DNA of 64,000 nucleotides, from contig LJUW01000004.1 of assembly GCA_001304315.1 (NCBI GenBank), positions 1,018 to 65,017 of the forward strand, read 5' to 3'. Of the stretch, positions 56,384-64,000 are shown piece after piece (the first letter of the stretch is position 1; the number at the start of each line of letters is the position of its first letter). This DNA comes from a candidate division Zixibacteria bacterium SM23_73_2 (GTDB lineage: Bacteria > Zixibacteria > MSB-5A5 > SM23-73-2). The notes under the pieces are model-generated. The model was given only the letters and a program-made list of their open reading frames with translations. It searched no databases and was not told the DNA's origin. Position numbers and translations under genes: made by a program.

Positions 56384-57349
56384 ATGGAATTGACTTATAA
56401 ATCCTCTAAACAAGAAAATGAAGTCACCCAGAAATACTCTGATCGCAGGGTAATAGTTACTCCGCCCCAACAGAAGGGAAAGCAGGCTCTTCTGCGGGTG
56501 GATCTTCTGGATTCCTACCGGGAATTTTTCGGTTTAAAAGAGATTCCATTTACCATTTCTCCCAATCCTAAGTTCTTTTATTTCTCCCGCTCTCATGCTG
56601 AGGCTTTAAATCATATCAGATACGGCATTTACGAGGGCTTGGGATTCACCATGATAACCGGGGAGCCGGGCACGGGTAAAACCATTCTTTCACGATATTT
56701 CTTGAGTAAAGCAGGAGACGATCTTTTGATAACCAAGATATCCGATCCCCGTTTTTCCCAGAAAGAGCTCCTCTTAGCTCTTCTGGAAAATTTGGGGATG
56801 TCTGGAATTACCCAACAGGACCTTTCCCAAAGAAAACTAACCCAGCGCCTTTGCGACCTGCTTTTATCCTCCTATCAGAAATCCAAGAAGGTGGTTTTGT
56901 TTCTGGATGAGGCTCAAGGTATGGATTCGGAATCCCTGGAGGGCATAAGGCTTCTTTCCAACCTTGAAACTGAGAACCACAAGCTGATCCAGATAGTGCT
57001 TCTGGGCCAGAGGGAGTTGGAGGAGAAGCTTTCAGAGGAGAACTTAAGACAGTTCGACCAGCGTATTCTGGTGAGATACAATCTGTTCCCCCTTGAACTT
57101 GACGAGATTCAACCCTACGTGGAGCATCAACTCAAGATAGCAAAAGCTCCCTCGGTGGAGTTTAGCGTTCAAGCGATCAACAAAATCTACGAGATCACCA
57201 GAGGATTACCCCGGATGATTAACGTTCTCTGCGAGCGGGCGATGATGTCCTCCTTCATTGAGAACAAAAAGACCATCGATGTGAAAAACGTATTGGAGGG
57301 CTGGGATAGTTTGAATGGGATAAAGATACTGGAAAAAACAAGACTTTAA
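56384..57349 (+). CDS. ExeA/GspA-like AAA+ ATPase (MshM-like)
   Basis: Walker A 'GEPGTGKTILSRYFL', Walker B 'VLFLDEAQ'. ExeA-family layout. Confidence 0.7.
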   Translation: MELTYKSSKQENEVTQKYSDRRVIVTPPQQKGKQALLRVDLLDSYREFFGLKEIPFTISPNPKFFYFSRSHAEALNHIRYGIYEGLGFTMITGEPGTGKTILSRYFLSKAGDDLLITKISDPRFSQKELLLALLENLGMSGITQQDLSQRKLTQRLCDLLLSSYQKSKKVVLFLDEAQGMDSESLEGIRLLSNLETENHKLIQIVLLGQRELEEKLSEENLRQFDQRILVRYNLFPLELDEIQPYVEHQLKIAKAPSVEFSVQAINKIYEITRGLPRMINVLCERAMMSSFIENKKTIDVKNVLEGWDSLNGIKILEKTRL

Positions 57350-57382
57350 AGAAAAATAAACTAAAATATCCGGGTAAAAAAA

Positions 57383-58708
57383 GTGGGACTGATAAATAAA
57401 GTCATAACCAAGGTAGAGAAAAAGGAAAGTTTACCTGACAAGAGAGAAAAACCTCCAACTCATAAGGAAATGCCTCACCTGCCAAAGGGGAAGAAGAGGC
57501 TGGCGATTTTAATAGCTATTCCAATTTTGATGATAGCGTTTTCAGGTTTTGGTTATATGTTTTTTATCAAACCCACACAAGAAGCTCCGCCAAAGGTGGT
57601 TCGCAGATCGATAAGTGCCAGAAGAAGACCGACAACGCCAAACCCGACTCCTTCTGATCAAAAAGTAAAATCTGAGGCTGCTAAGATCACGGAGGGAGGA
57701 CAAAAGGGTAATATTACAGATAAAGGCATAGAAGAATCAACTCTTTCAAAGGAATCCGAAAAACAATCTGAATCAACTCCTGAGCAAAAAGTGGAAATTT
57801 CAACAACTGGTGTCGGCTCCTCCATAAAAACAACTGAAAACAAACCTGCTGAAGTTAAAGATGATTCGGAAACTAAAGAATCACAGAGTGAAAAGCTAAA
57901 AGAGCCTGAAGTAATTTCAATTCCCATAGAAGAAGAGGTGAAAACAAAAGACACCAAATTATCTGAGAGTATTAAGAAAACCTCCCCTGGGAAATCCTTG
58001 GCTATATCTCAAGCTCCTGAGGGTGAAGACATCTCATCAGAAAAAGCAGCCTTGTCTCAAGATCAAAAATCGGAAGACGACTTAGCTCAAAAACAATCTT
58101 TAGTCGTCAAGGAAAAATCGAGCCTAAAAGCCCAGAGGTATTATAATAAGGGGTTCACTTATCATAAGCAGGGAAATTTTAACCAGGCTATCGACTCTTA
58201 CATGAAGGCTTTGAGTTTCAACCCCGAACATCTGCAAGCCAGCCTCAACCTGGCAACAGCATACATCCAGGCAGGTAGATTAAAAGAGGGGGAAAAAGAA
58301 CTTAACCAACTTTATACAAGAAACCCTGAGGATCCAAAAATCATTTTCAATTACGCTCTGCTTCTTTATCAGATCGGAGAGTTTGATGATGCTAAAACCA
58401 AGCTCCAAAAACTTCTTGAAATCAATCCTCTTCATCTGGAGGCCAATCTACTCATAGCCAAAATCCACGAGGAAAAAAAAGAAACAGAACAAGCCATCCA
58501 GTTCTGCAGGAAAGCCTACAGCATAAATTCAACCGATCCTAGAGTTCTTTATCAATTAGGCAGATCCTTTGATATAAAAAAAGACACCGAAAATGCTGTA
58601 AGGTTTTATAGCTTGTTCTTACAAAACTCCTTGGAAAAAGACGATAAGTCAAAATCAAAAGTACGAGATCGATTGAATTACCTTCTCTCTAAAAAGGAGG
58701 GGAAATGA
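57383..58708 (+). CDS. Membrane-anchored TPR-repeat protein (MshN-like)
   Basis: N-terminal TM, about 200-aa S/E/K-rich linker, then 5-6 TPR repeats. Pairs with the ExeA-like ATPase as in MSHA clusters. Confidence 0.55.
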   Translation: MGLINKVITKVEKKESLPDKREKPPTHKEMPHLPKGKKRLAILIAIPILMIAFSGFGYMFFIKPTQEAPPKVVRRSISARRRPTTPNPTPSDQKVKSEAAKITEGGQKGNITDKGIEESTLSKESEKQSESTPEQKVEISTTGVGSSIKTTENKPAEVKDDSETKESQSEKLKEPEVISIPIEEEVKTKDTKLSESIKKTSPGKSLAISQAPEGEDISSEKAALSQDQKSEDDLAQKQSLVVKEKSSLKAQRYYNKGFTYHKQGNFNQAIDSYMKALSFNPEHLQASLNLATAYIQAGRLKEGEKELNQLYTRNPEDPKIIFNYALLLYQIGEFDDAKTKLQKLLEINPLHLEANLLIAKIHEEKKETEQAIQFCRKAYSINSTDPRVLYQLGRSFDIKKDTENAVRFYSLFLQNSLEKDDKSKSKVRDRLNYLLSKKEGK

Positions 58709-60345
58709 CCCAGACATTGGAAGAAGTTCTTTTAGATACCGGCAGAATAACCAAAAGCCAGTTGGAATTAGCCCAGAGGGAGATGAGGCGTACCGGTGCC
58801 AAGTTCGGGGATATCTGTGAGAGATTGGGGTTTATAAGCCACGAGGAAGTTTTAGAGTTCGTGGGGAAACAATCGGAGATCCCTTATCTTGATTTCTCCA
58901 ACACTCCCATAGATAAAGAGGCAGTTAAACTTATCCCTGAAGAACTCGCCAGAAAATACAAGCTCATACCTGTTGAGGAAAAAAATGGTACACTAACCGT
59001 TGCCATGTCTAATCCTAATGATATCAATGCTATCGACCGATTAAGGGATATTACCAGACTCTCGATCGAACCCAGAATAGCAGATGAGGAAACGATTTTA
59101 GGCTATGCAGATGACTTCTATGGAATAGCTACCTCCCCCGAGGAGATGATCGAGGAGAGCTTAAGCCAGGCCTTAAGCCTGGAGGAGGTAGAGGAGGAAA
59201 CCCCTCCTTTGATCAAACTGGTGGATTCGCTCATTGCCCAGGGAATAAAGGAAAGAGCTACCGACGTACACATCGAGGTGGATGAAAGCGTGGGAAGGGT
59301 ACGCTACAGGATAGACGGTGTGCTTCAAACCGCTTTTATGTTGCCCAAGAAGATCTACCGGGCAGTGGTTAGCAGGATCAAGGTTATGTCCAGTTTGGAC
59401 ATAACCGAGTCGAGGATACCCCAGGACGGCAGCTTCCGCTTCAGCTACAATACTCAGGAGATCGACATTAGAGTTTCCACCATGCCCATCTTCTACGGGG
59501 AGAGCGTGGTAATGAGAATACTGCAGAAGCCCCGCTTCCTCATGCAGCTCAGCGATCTGGGTTTCTGGGGGGATAATCTGGAGACTTTCAAAAGGCTGGT
59601 GCAGAAACCCTTTGGCATGATGGTGATCACCGGTCCCACTGGCTCGGGCAAGTCCACCACCTTATATGCTGCTCTTAAAACATTAAACGCTTTGGAAAAA
59701 TGTTTAATCACCTTGGAGGATCCGGTGGAGTATCAGATCCCCATGAGTAAGCAATCCCCGATCCACGAAAAAGCAGGTTACACTTTTGCCAAGGGACTCC
59801 GTTCCATTCTGCGTCACGATCCTGACATAATCCTGCTGGGTGAGATGAGGGATGAGGAGACAGCGGAGATGGCTTTCCGGGCTTCCATGACCGGCCACTT
59901 GGTTTTCACCACCCTGCATGCCAATACCGCATCAGCTGCGGTAGCACGTCTTCTGGATATGGACATCGAGCCTTTTGTGGTATCCTCCTCTCTTCTGGCA
60001 GTGGTGGCTCAGAGGCTGGCTCGGAGGATATGTTCCAAATGCAAGGAGAGCTACACCCCATCTGAGGAGGAGCTTGGTTATTACCCCCAGCTAAAAGAGG
60101 TAAAAGATCCGGTTTTTTATCGGGGCAAAGGCTGCGAAAAGTGCAAACATACCGGATATAGGGGAAGGATAGGAATATACGAGGTTCTTGAGGTAAATGA
60201 TAAAGTAAATCATCTCATTATGCAGAAAGCCCTTTCCTCTGAAATAGAAAAAGCAGCCGAGATGAAAATGATGCTGGACGATGGAATAGAGAAGGTTTTG
60301 AAGGGATCAACCACCATTGATGAGATCAGAAGGGTAATAGGATAA
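58705..60345 (+). CDS. Type II/IV secretion system ATPase GspE/PilB/MshE family
   Basis: T2SSE_N domain, Walker A 'GPTGSGKSTT', Asp/His boxes, tetracysteine 'CSKC...CEKC'. Confidence 0.9.
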   Translation: MTQTLEEVLLDTGRITKSQLELAQREMRRTGAKFGDICERLGFISHEEVLEFVGKQSEIPYLDFSNTPIDKEAVKLIPEELARKYKLIPVEEKNGTLTVAMSNPNDINAIDRLRDITRLSIEPRIADEETILGYADDFYGIATSPEEMIEESLSQALSLEEVEEETPPLIKLVDSLIAQGIKERATDVHIEVDESVGRVRYRIDGVLQTAFMLPKKIYRAVVSRIKVMSSLDITESRIPQDGSFRFSYNTQEIDIRVSTMPIFYGESVVMRILQKPRFLMQLSDLGFWGDNLETFKRLVQKPFGMMVITGPTGSGKSTTLYAALKTLNALEKCLITLEDPVEYQIPMSKQSPIHEKAGYTFAKGLRSILRHDPDIILLGEMRDEETAEMAFRASMTGHLVFTTLHANTASAAVARLLDMDIEPFVVSSSLLAVVAQRLARRICSKCKESYTPSEEELGYYPQLKEVKDPVFYRGKGCEKCKHTGYRGRIGIYEVLEVNDKVNHLIMQKALSSEIEKAAEMKMMLDDGIEKVLKGSTTIDEIRRVIG

Positions 60346-61541
60346 TGCCTCAATATACCTATCAGGCTGTAGACAGTGCAAACAAAAGGATAAAAGGTTT
60401 TATCAACGCTCACACCCTGGAGGATGCTGAAAGTCAGCTTCGGGAGAAGGGATTATACCCGATCTCGGTGCAGGCTAAGGCTAAAAAGCAAGGGCTGACC
60501 CTATCTAAAAAAATCACCAAAAAAGACCTTTTGGGTTTTACCATTCAGCTCCATCTGATGTTTACCGCGGGACTACCTCTTTTGGACTCTTTACAAAACA
60601 TCTCGGAGCAGGAGAAAAATCCAAAATTCAAGCAAGTTATCGGGGATATCTGCAAAAGGATAGAGTCCACCGGCAGTTTTTCAGAGGCGATCGCCGCTCA
60701 CCCAAAAGTGTTCCCCCCGTTCTACATTGGGGCAGTGAGGGCAGGAGAATCAGGAGGAACCCTGCCGGAGATTCTTGAGGAGCTGGCCGATTCCTTGGAA
60801 AAGCAAGATGAACTGCAATCTGAATTAAAACAAGCTCTAATGTATCCCATGATGATCATGTGCGTTATGTCCGCAGTTACAGGCTTTTACGCTTTTTATC
60901 TCATGCCTAAAATGATGACACTGGTAGAGGAACTTGGCGCTCCCATCCCCTTTTATACCAGGGCGATACAGTGGCTGGTCAATACTATTATGGGAATCTG
61001 GCTGCCCCTGGTAGTCCTTTTTGTGGTTGGTATCATTGCTCTTCTTATTTACCGCAAGACCGAAAGTGGAGCTTATACTTTAGGCTATCTAAAACTTAAG
61101 TTTCCGCTTTTTGGTCCGGTAATGCAGAAATCGGTCTTATGCAATTTCTCCCACTATCTTTCGCTACTTCTGCGTTCGGGCTTTGGACTTTTGCCCTCTC
61201 TGGATCTGGTCAAAGGGACCATCGGGAACAAAAGCCTGGTAAGATCGATAGAGACAATTCAGGAAAGGATCAAAAGGGGTGAGTCTTTTGCTGATTCGAT
61301 GAGAGGGCTCCCTTTCCCCGGTTTCATGATAACCATGATTGGTTTAGGAGAGCAGACCGGCAAGGTAGCAGAACAGCTTGCCATGGTGAATGAATATTTT
61401 GAGAAAGACGTGAGGAGAACCACCAAGAAGGTTTTAACTATAATGGAGCCTTTGATCTTAGTCACCTTTGGGGGAATTTCCGCGGTGATACTTTTGTCTA
61501 CCTTCTTCCCTCTGTACAATTCCATGAGCCAGATCAGATAA
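60345..61541 (+). CDS. Type II/IV secretion system platform protein GspF/PilC/MshG family
   Basis: Two T2SSF repeats and 3 TM segments. Start overlaps the ATPase stop (ATAATG). Confidence 0.85.
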   Translation: MPQYTYQAVDSANKRIKGFINAHTLEDAESQLREKGLYPISVQAKAKKQGLTLSKKITKKDLLGFTIQLHLMFTAGLPLLDSLQNISEQEKNPKFKQVIGDICKRIESTGSFSEAIAAHPKVFPPFYIGAVRAGESGGTLPEILEELADSLEKQDELQSELKQALMYPMMIMCVMSAVTGFYAFYLMPKMMTLVEELGAPIPFYTRAIQWLVNTIMGIWLPLVVLFVVGIIALLIYRKTESGAYTLGYLKLKFPLFGPVMQKSVLCNFSHYLSLLLRSGFGLLPSLDLVKGTIGNKSLVRSIETIQERIKRGESFADSMRGLPFPGFMITMIGLGEQTGKVAEQLAMVNEYFEKDVRRTTKKVLTIMEPLILVTFGGISAVILLSTFFPLYNSMSQIR

Positions 61542-61682
61542 AATCAAAAACTCCACTTGAGCAAAAAAAATCCTCTATCCGTCTAACTTGATGACGAGAG
61601 TTCTTTTAAGTTTTTTCGAAAAGTTACTTCTCTCGGATGATTCTGATTAGATCAGGAAAGCGTTTCAAAGTTATCGGAAAAA

Positions 61683-62033
61683 TTAATCTAAGATTTTGCT
61701 ATCAGAGATCTTATCCCCTATCCGTTCAGTTGGATTTTTTGTCTTTTCTAACCAGATATTTGTCTGGGGATTTTTTCCAAGGGTCAACCTGACAAATCGT
61801 TTCAGAGTAACTATACCAGCGAAAACTAAAAAACCTAAAACAGCTCCACCAAAAATAGAGAAAGATAGGAAATCCTCAGAGTACAAAAACCACAAAATTA
61901 TGGTGATAACGAAAAAGGTCAGTAAAATCTTCGCCAACCTGTTAAAAAATAGCTGGTGAATATGAGGGGAACTCAGTTTCCCCTTTGCTATGTCCTCCAA
62001 TGTATCATCCCTCATCTTCTGAATCCTTTCCAC
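61683..62033 (-). CDS. Hypothetical small membrane protein
   Basis: 2 predicted TM helices. Overlaps the upstream ORF by 29 bp in another frame. Confidence 0.3.
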   Translation of the reverse strand: MERIQKMRDDTLEDIAKGKLSSPHIHQLFFNRLAKILLTFFVITIILWFLYSEDFLSFSIFGGAVLGFLVFAGIVTLKRFVRLTLGKNPQTNIWLEKTKNPTERIGDKISDSKILD

Positions 62034-62379
62034 CTGAAAACAAGCACTCGCATAGATCGAAGGCCAAATAAAAGGCGTATGAAGCTAAAACGGTGACGGC
62101 AAAGGAGACCGACATTATCTTGAGAAAATCCGGGTGTAGGGGAAATAAAACCCTGGTCAGAAGATAGAGCATACTCAGGCACCCTGAAACGACAATCAGG
62201 ATAAACGTATCAGCCATAACTACCAAAGCGATGTTTTTAGCCTTCTTTAGTTTATTCGGTCTGGGCAGCCTGGACTTAGAATCCTCGGATACCAAGCTCT
62301 TTTCTGTCACTTTCTGGGCTCTTAACATAACAAAAACCTCAATCAGGTTACTCAATGGGCAACAGCTAAATAAAAACAA
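62005..62379 (-). CDS. Hypothetical small membrane protein
   Basis: 2-3 TM helices and an acidic C-terminus. Could be the N-terminal part of a frameshifted gene together with 61683-62033. Confidence 0.3.
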   Translation of the reverse strand: MFLFSCCPLSNLIEVFVMLRAQKVTEKSLVSEDSKSRLPRPNKLKKAKNIALVVMADTFILIVVSGCLSMLYLLTRVLFPLHPDFLKIMSVSFAVTVLASYAFYLAFDLCECLFSGGKDSEDEG

Positions 62380-62649
62380 AACACATAAAAATGATGCTCA
62401 AACTACTTTATATTTAATTATCGGCATATTTGCTCAAGCCCGAAGGCTGATTTTCGTGAATTTGCTAATCTATATAAGCATTAAATTGCAAAAAAGATTG
62501 TTTTTCTTATTTCTTGATTTTAAAAAAAAAATTATTCCCGGAACTTGACAAAAATCCAACCTAACATTTATTTACCTGAATACAAAAAAACAATTTCTAA
62601 AAAAATTGATTTTTACTGTATATATGCAAAAATAACCAGAGGTAAAAAG

Positions 62650-63150
62650 ATGAAAAATCAAAAGGAAAAAACCGTTCACATATTATTTCACTTGGTGCTT
62701 GTGGTCTTGATGATCGCTCAGATAATATTTTTTATTATCTATTTCAACCACGGTAAAATTCTCTTTATGAAAATAACCGGGATAGGCTTTTGGATAATCT
62801 CAGCTTTTTTAGGATGGTTTCCGATTTACGTTTTCAAGAAAAAAGGAGGAGTTTCCAAGGGGGAAAGCTACGTTAAAACAACCAAACTGGTCGATACCGG
62901 CGTCTACAGCCTGGTCAGGCATCCCCAGTTTTTAGCGGGAATACTTTTGAGCCTCGCTTTTATATTAATATCCCAGCACTGGTTAGTCCTGATCTTGGGA
63001 ATCCCGATTATAATAATCTTTTATATTGGTGGATTAAAAGGGGATAGATCCTTGGTCGATAAATTTGGAAAAGAGTATGAAGAATATATGAAAATAGTTC
63101 CCAGGTTTAATATTATACTTGGTATCATCAGAAAGCTGAAAAATGTGTAA
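62650..63150 (+). CDS. Isoprenylcysteine carboxyl methyltransferase (ICMT/PEMT) family membrane methyltransferase
   Basis: Start at the ATG 62650 (RBS 'GAGGTAAAAAG'). 4-5 TM helices. C-terminal 'VDTGVYSLVRHPQF...GDRSLVDKFGKEYEEYMKIVPRF' SAM-binding region. Confidence 0.65.
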   Translation: MKNQKEKTVHILFHLVLVVLMIAQIIFFIIYFNHGKILFMKITGIGFWIISAFLGWFPIYVFKKKGGVSKGESYVKTTKLVDTGVYSLVRHPQFLAGILLSLAFILISQHWLVLILGIPIIIIFYIGGLKGDRSLVDKFGKEYEEYMKIVPRFNIILGIIRKLKNV

Positions 63151-63278
63151 CCTTTAAAATTAAGATCATCGAGTCTGCGAAAACCTCTTCTTTTATATTT
63201 CTTAGACATTGATTCTCTTAAAAACTTTTCAATACCAATTAACCAAACTTCAAAGTAGAACAGATTATTTAAAAGCAA

Positions 63279-64000
63279 TCATCCAAGCCAGGGAAGCTTG
63301 TCCAGATCAACGTTCCCGCCGGAAAGAATTAAACCAATTCTTTTCCCCTTAAGGTCGATTTTATCCTCCAGTAGGGCAGCGAAAGGAACAGCAGCTGAGG
63401 GCTCAATTACCATCTTCATTCTCTCCCAGATGTGACGCATCGATGAGATAATCGCATCCTCACTCACAGTCACTATCAGGTGCACATATCTTTTAATGAT
63501 AGCAAAGGTAAGATCGCCCAGCGAGGTTAACAATCCATCTGCTATCGTATTAGGATTAACCGAGGGTATCAATTTCCCCTGATGAAGCGATCGGTATGCG
63601 TCATCTGCTCCTTTTGGCTCAACACCGATAATCTTAGTTTCAGGTGAAAGGCTGGATAGGGTCAGAGCTGTTCCGCTTAAAAGCCCTCCTCCGCCAACCG
63701 GAGCCATAACTGCATCCAGCTTTCTGACCTCCTCCAAAAGTTCCAGAGTAACTGTTCCCTGACCAGCTATGACCCGAGGATCGTTATAGGGATGTATAAA
63801 AGTCGCACCGGTTTTATTAACGATTTTGGCAAGACCCTCCTCTCTTGCTGCAAGATTCGGTTCACAGAAGGTTATCTCTCCTCCGTATCCCTGCACAGCT
63901 TTTATCTTAATCTCTGGAGCATCTTTGGGCATGACTATATATGCTCCTATGCCTCTATTTTTGGCTGCAAGGGACAGAGCCTGAGCATGATTTCCCGAAG
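63279..64000 (-). CDS. Threonine/serine dehydratase-like PLP enzyme (fold-type II), 5'-truncated by the window edge
   Basis: 'GATFIHPYNDPRVIAGQGT' and 'APVGGGGLLSG' PALP motifs. The reading frame continues beyond position 64000. No ACT regulatory domain in the visible C-terminus. Confidence 0.75.
   Translation of the reverse strand, partial: SGNHAQALSLAAKNRGIGAYIVMPKDAPEIKIKAVQGYGGEITFCEPNLAAREEGLAKIVNKTGATFIHPYNDPRVIAGQGTVTLELLEEVRKLDAVMAPVGGGGLLSGTALTLSSLSPETKIIGVEPKGADDAYRSLHQGKLIPSVNPNTIADGLLTSLGDLTFAIIKRYVHLIVTVSEDAIISSMRHIWERMKMVIEPSAAVPFAALLEDKIDLKGKRIGLILSGGNVDLDKLPWLG

Overview
This 64 kb window comes from a moderately AT-rich bacterium, probably an uncultivated lineage. It carries two sigma-54 enhancer-binding proteins, an MSHA-like type IV pilus cluster and dockerin-like C-terminal domains on secreted peptidases. 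I can support about 57 protein-coding genes and one tRNA-Ser(TGA). The window has no rRNA, no CRISPR array, no transposase and no integrase.

Gene content by region:
- 150-5134: a DUF2085-like membrane protein, an NTF2-like lipoprotein, an alpha-oxoamine synthase (Kbl/SPT/BioF-like), an SDR epimerase/dehydratase and a class-V aminotransferase.
- 5135-11902: a repeat-rich intergenic region, then a fusion protein (PqqD-like RRE + site-2/M50 protease + HlyD-like adaptor), a small membrane-anchored protein and a TPR sigma-54 activator.
- 12902-22722 (minus strand): a sugar ABC transporter followed by a glycosyl-glycerate compatible-solute cluster (MPGP-like phosphatase, GT81 GpgS-like synthase, glycerate 2-kinase, GT55 MpgS-like synthase).
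- 22972-35300: an HhH-GPD-like repair protein, a radical SAM protein, a metallophosphoesterase, an M1 and a C25 peptidase (both with dockerin-like tails), RlmD and an orphan LeuD-like small subunit.
- 35341-42915: a DUF362 Fe-S protein, the phoH-(7TM-HD pgpH-like)-ybeY-corC operon and aspS.
- 42938-50430: a HEPN/nucleotidyltransferase pair, a 5'-nucleotidase, a GxxExxY protein next to a 31-aa lysine-rich ORF, a second sigma-54 activator (GAF domain), MarC and a nitroreductase.
- 50882-61541: two prepilins, then MshI/J/K/L/M/N/E/G-like type IV pilus biogenesis genes.
- 62650-64000: an ICMT-family methyltransferase and a 5'-truncated threonine/serine dehydratase.

Signals not explained by genes:
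- A family of GC-rich, hairpin-forming MITE/REP-like elements occurs at five or more loci. They share the motifs 'ggacagg', 'cccctgg', 'gtcattctga' and 'gaagaatctc'.
- A 300-bp GC-rich hairpin island at 12580-12900 has no class I can assign.
- A roughly 53-bp direct repeat flanks a 543-bp single-gene cassette.
- Candidate palindromic operators precede the HEPN/MNT pair and the GxxExxY operon.
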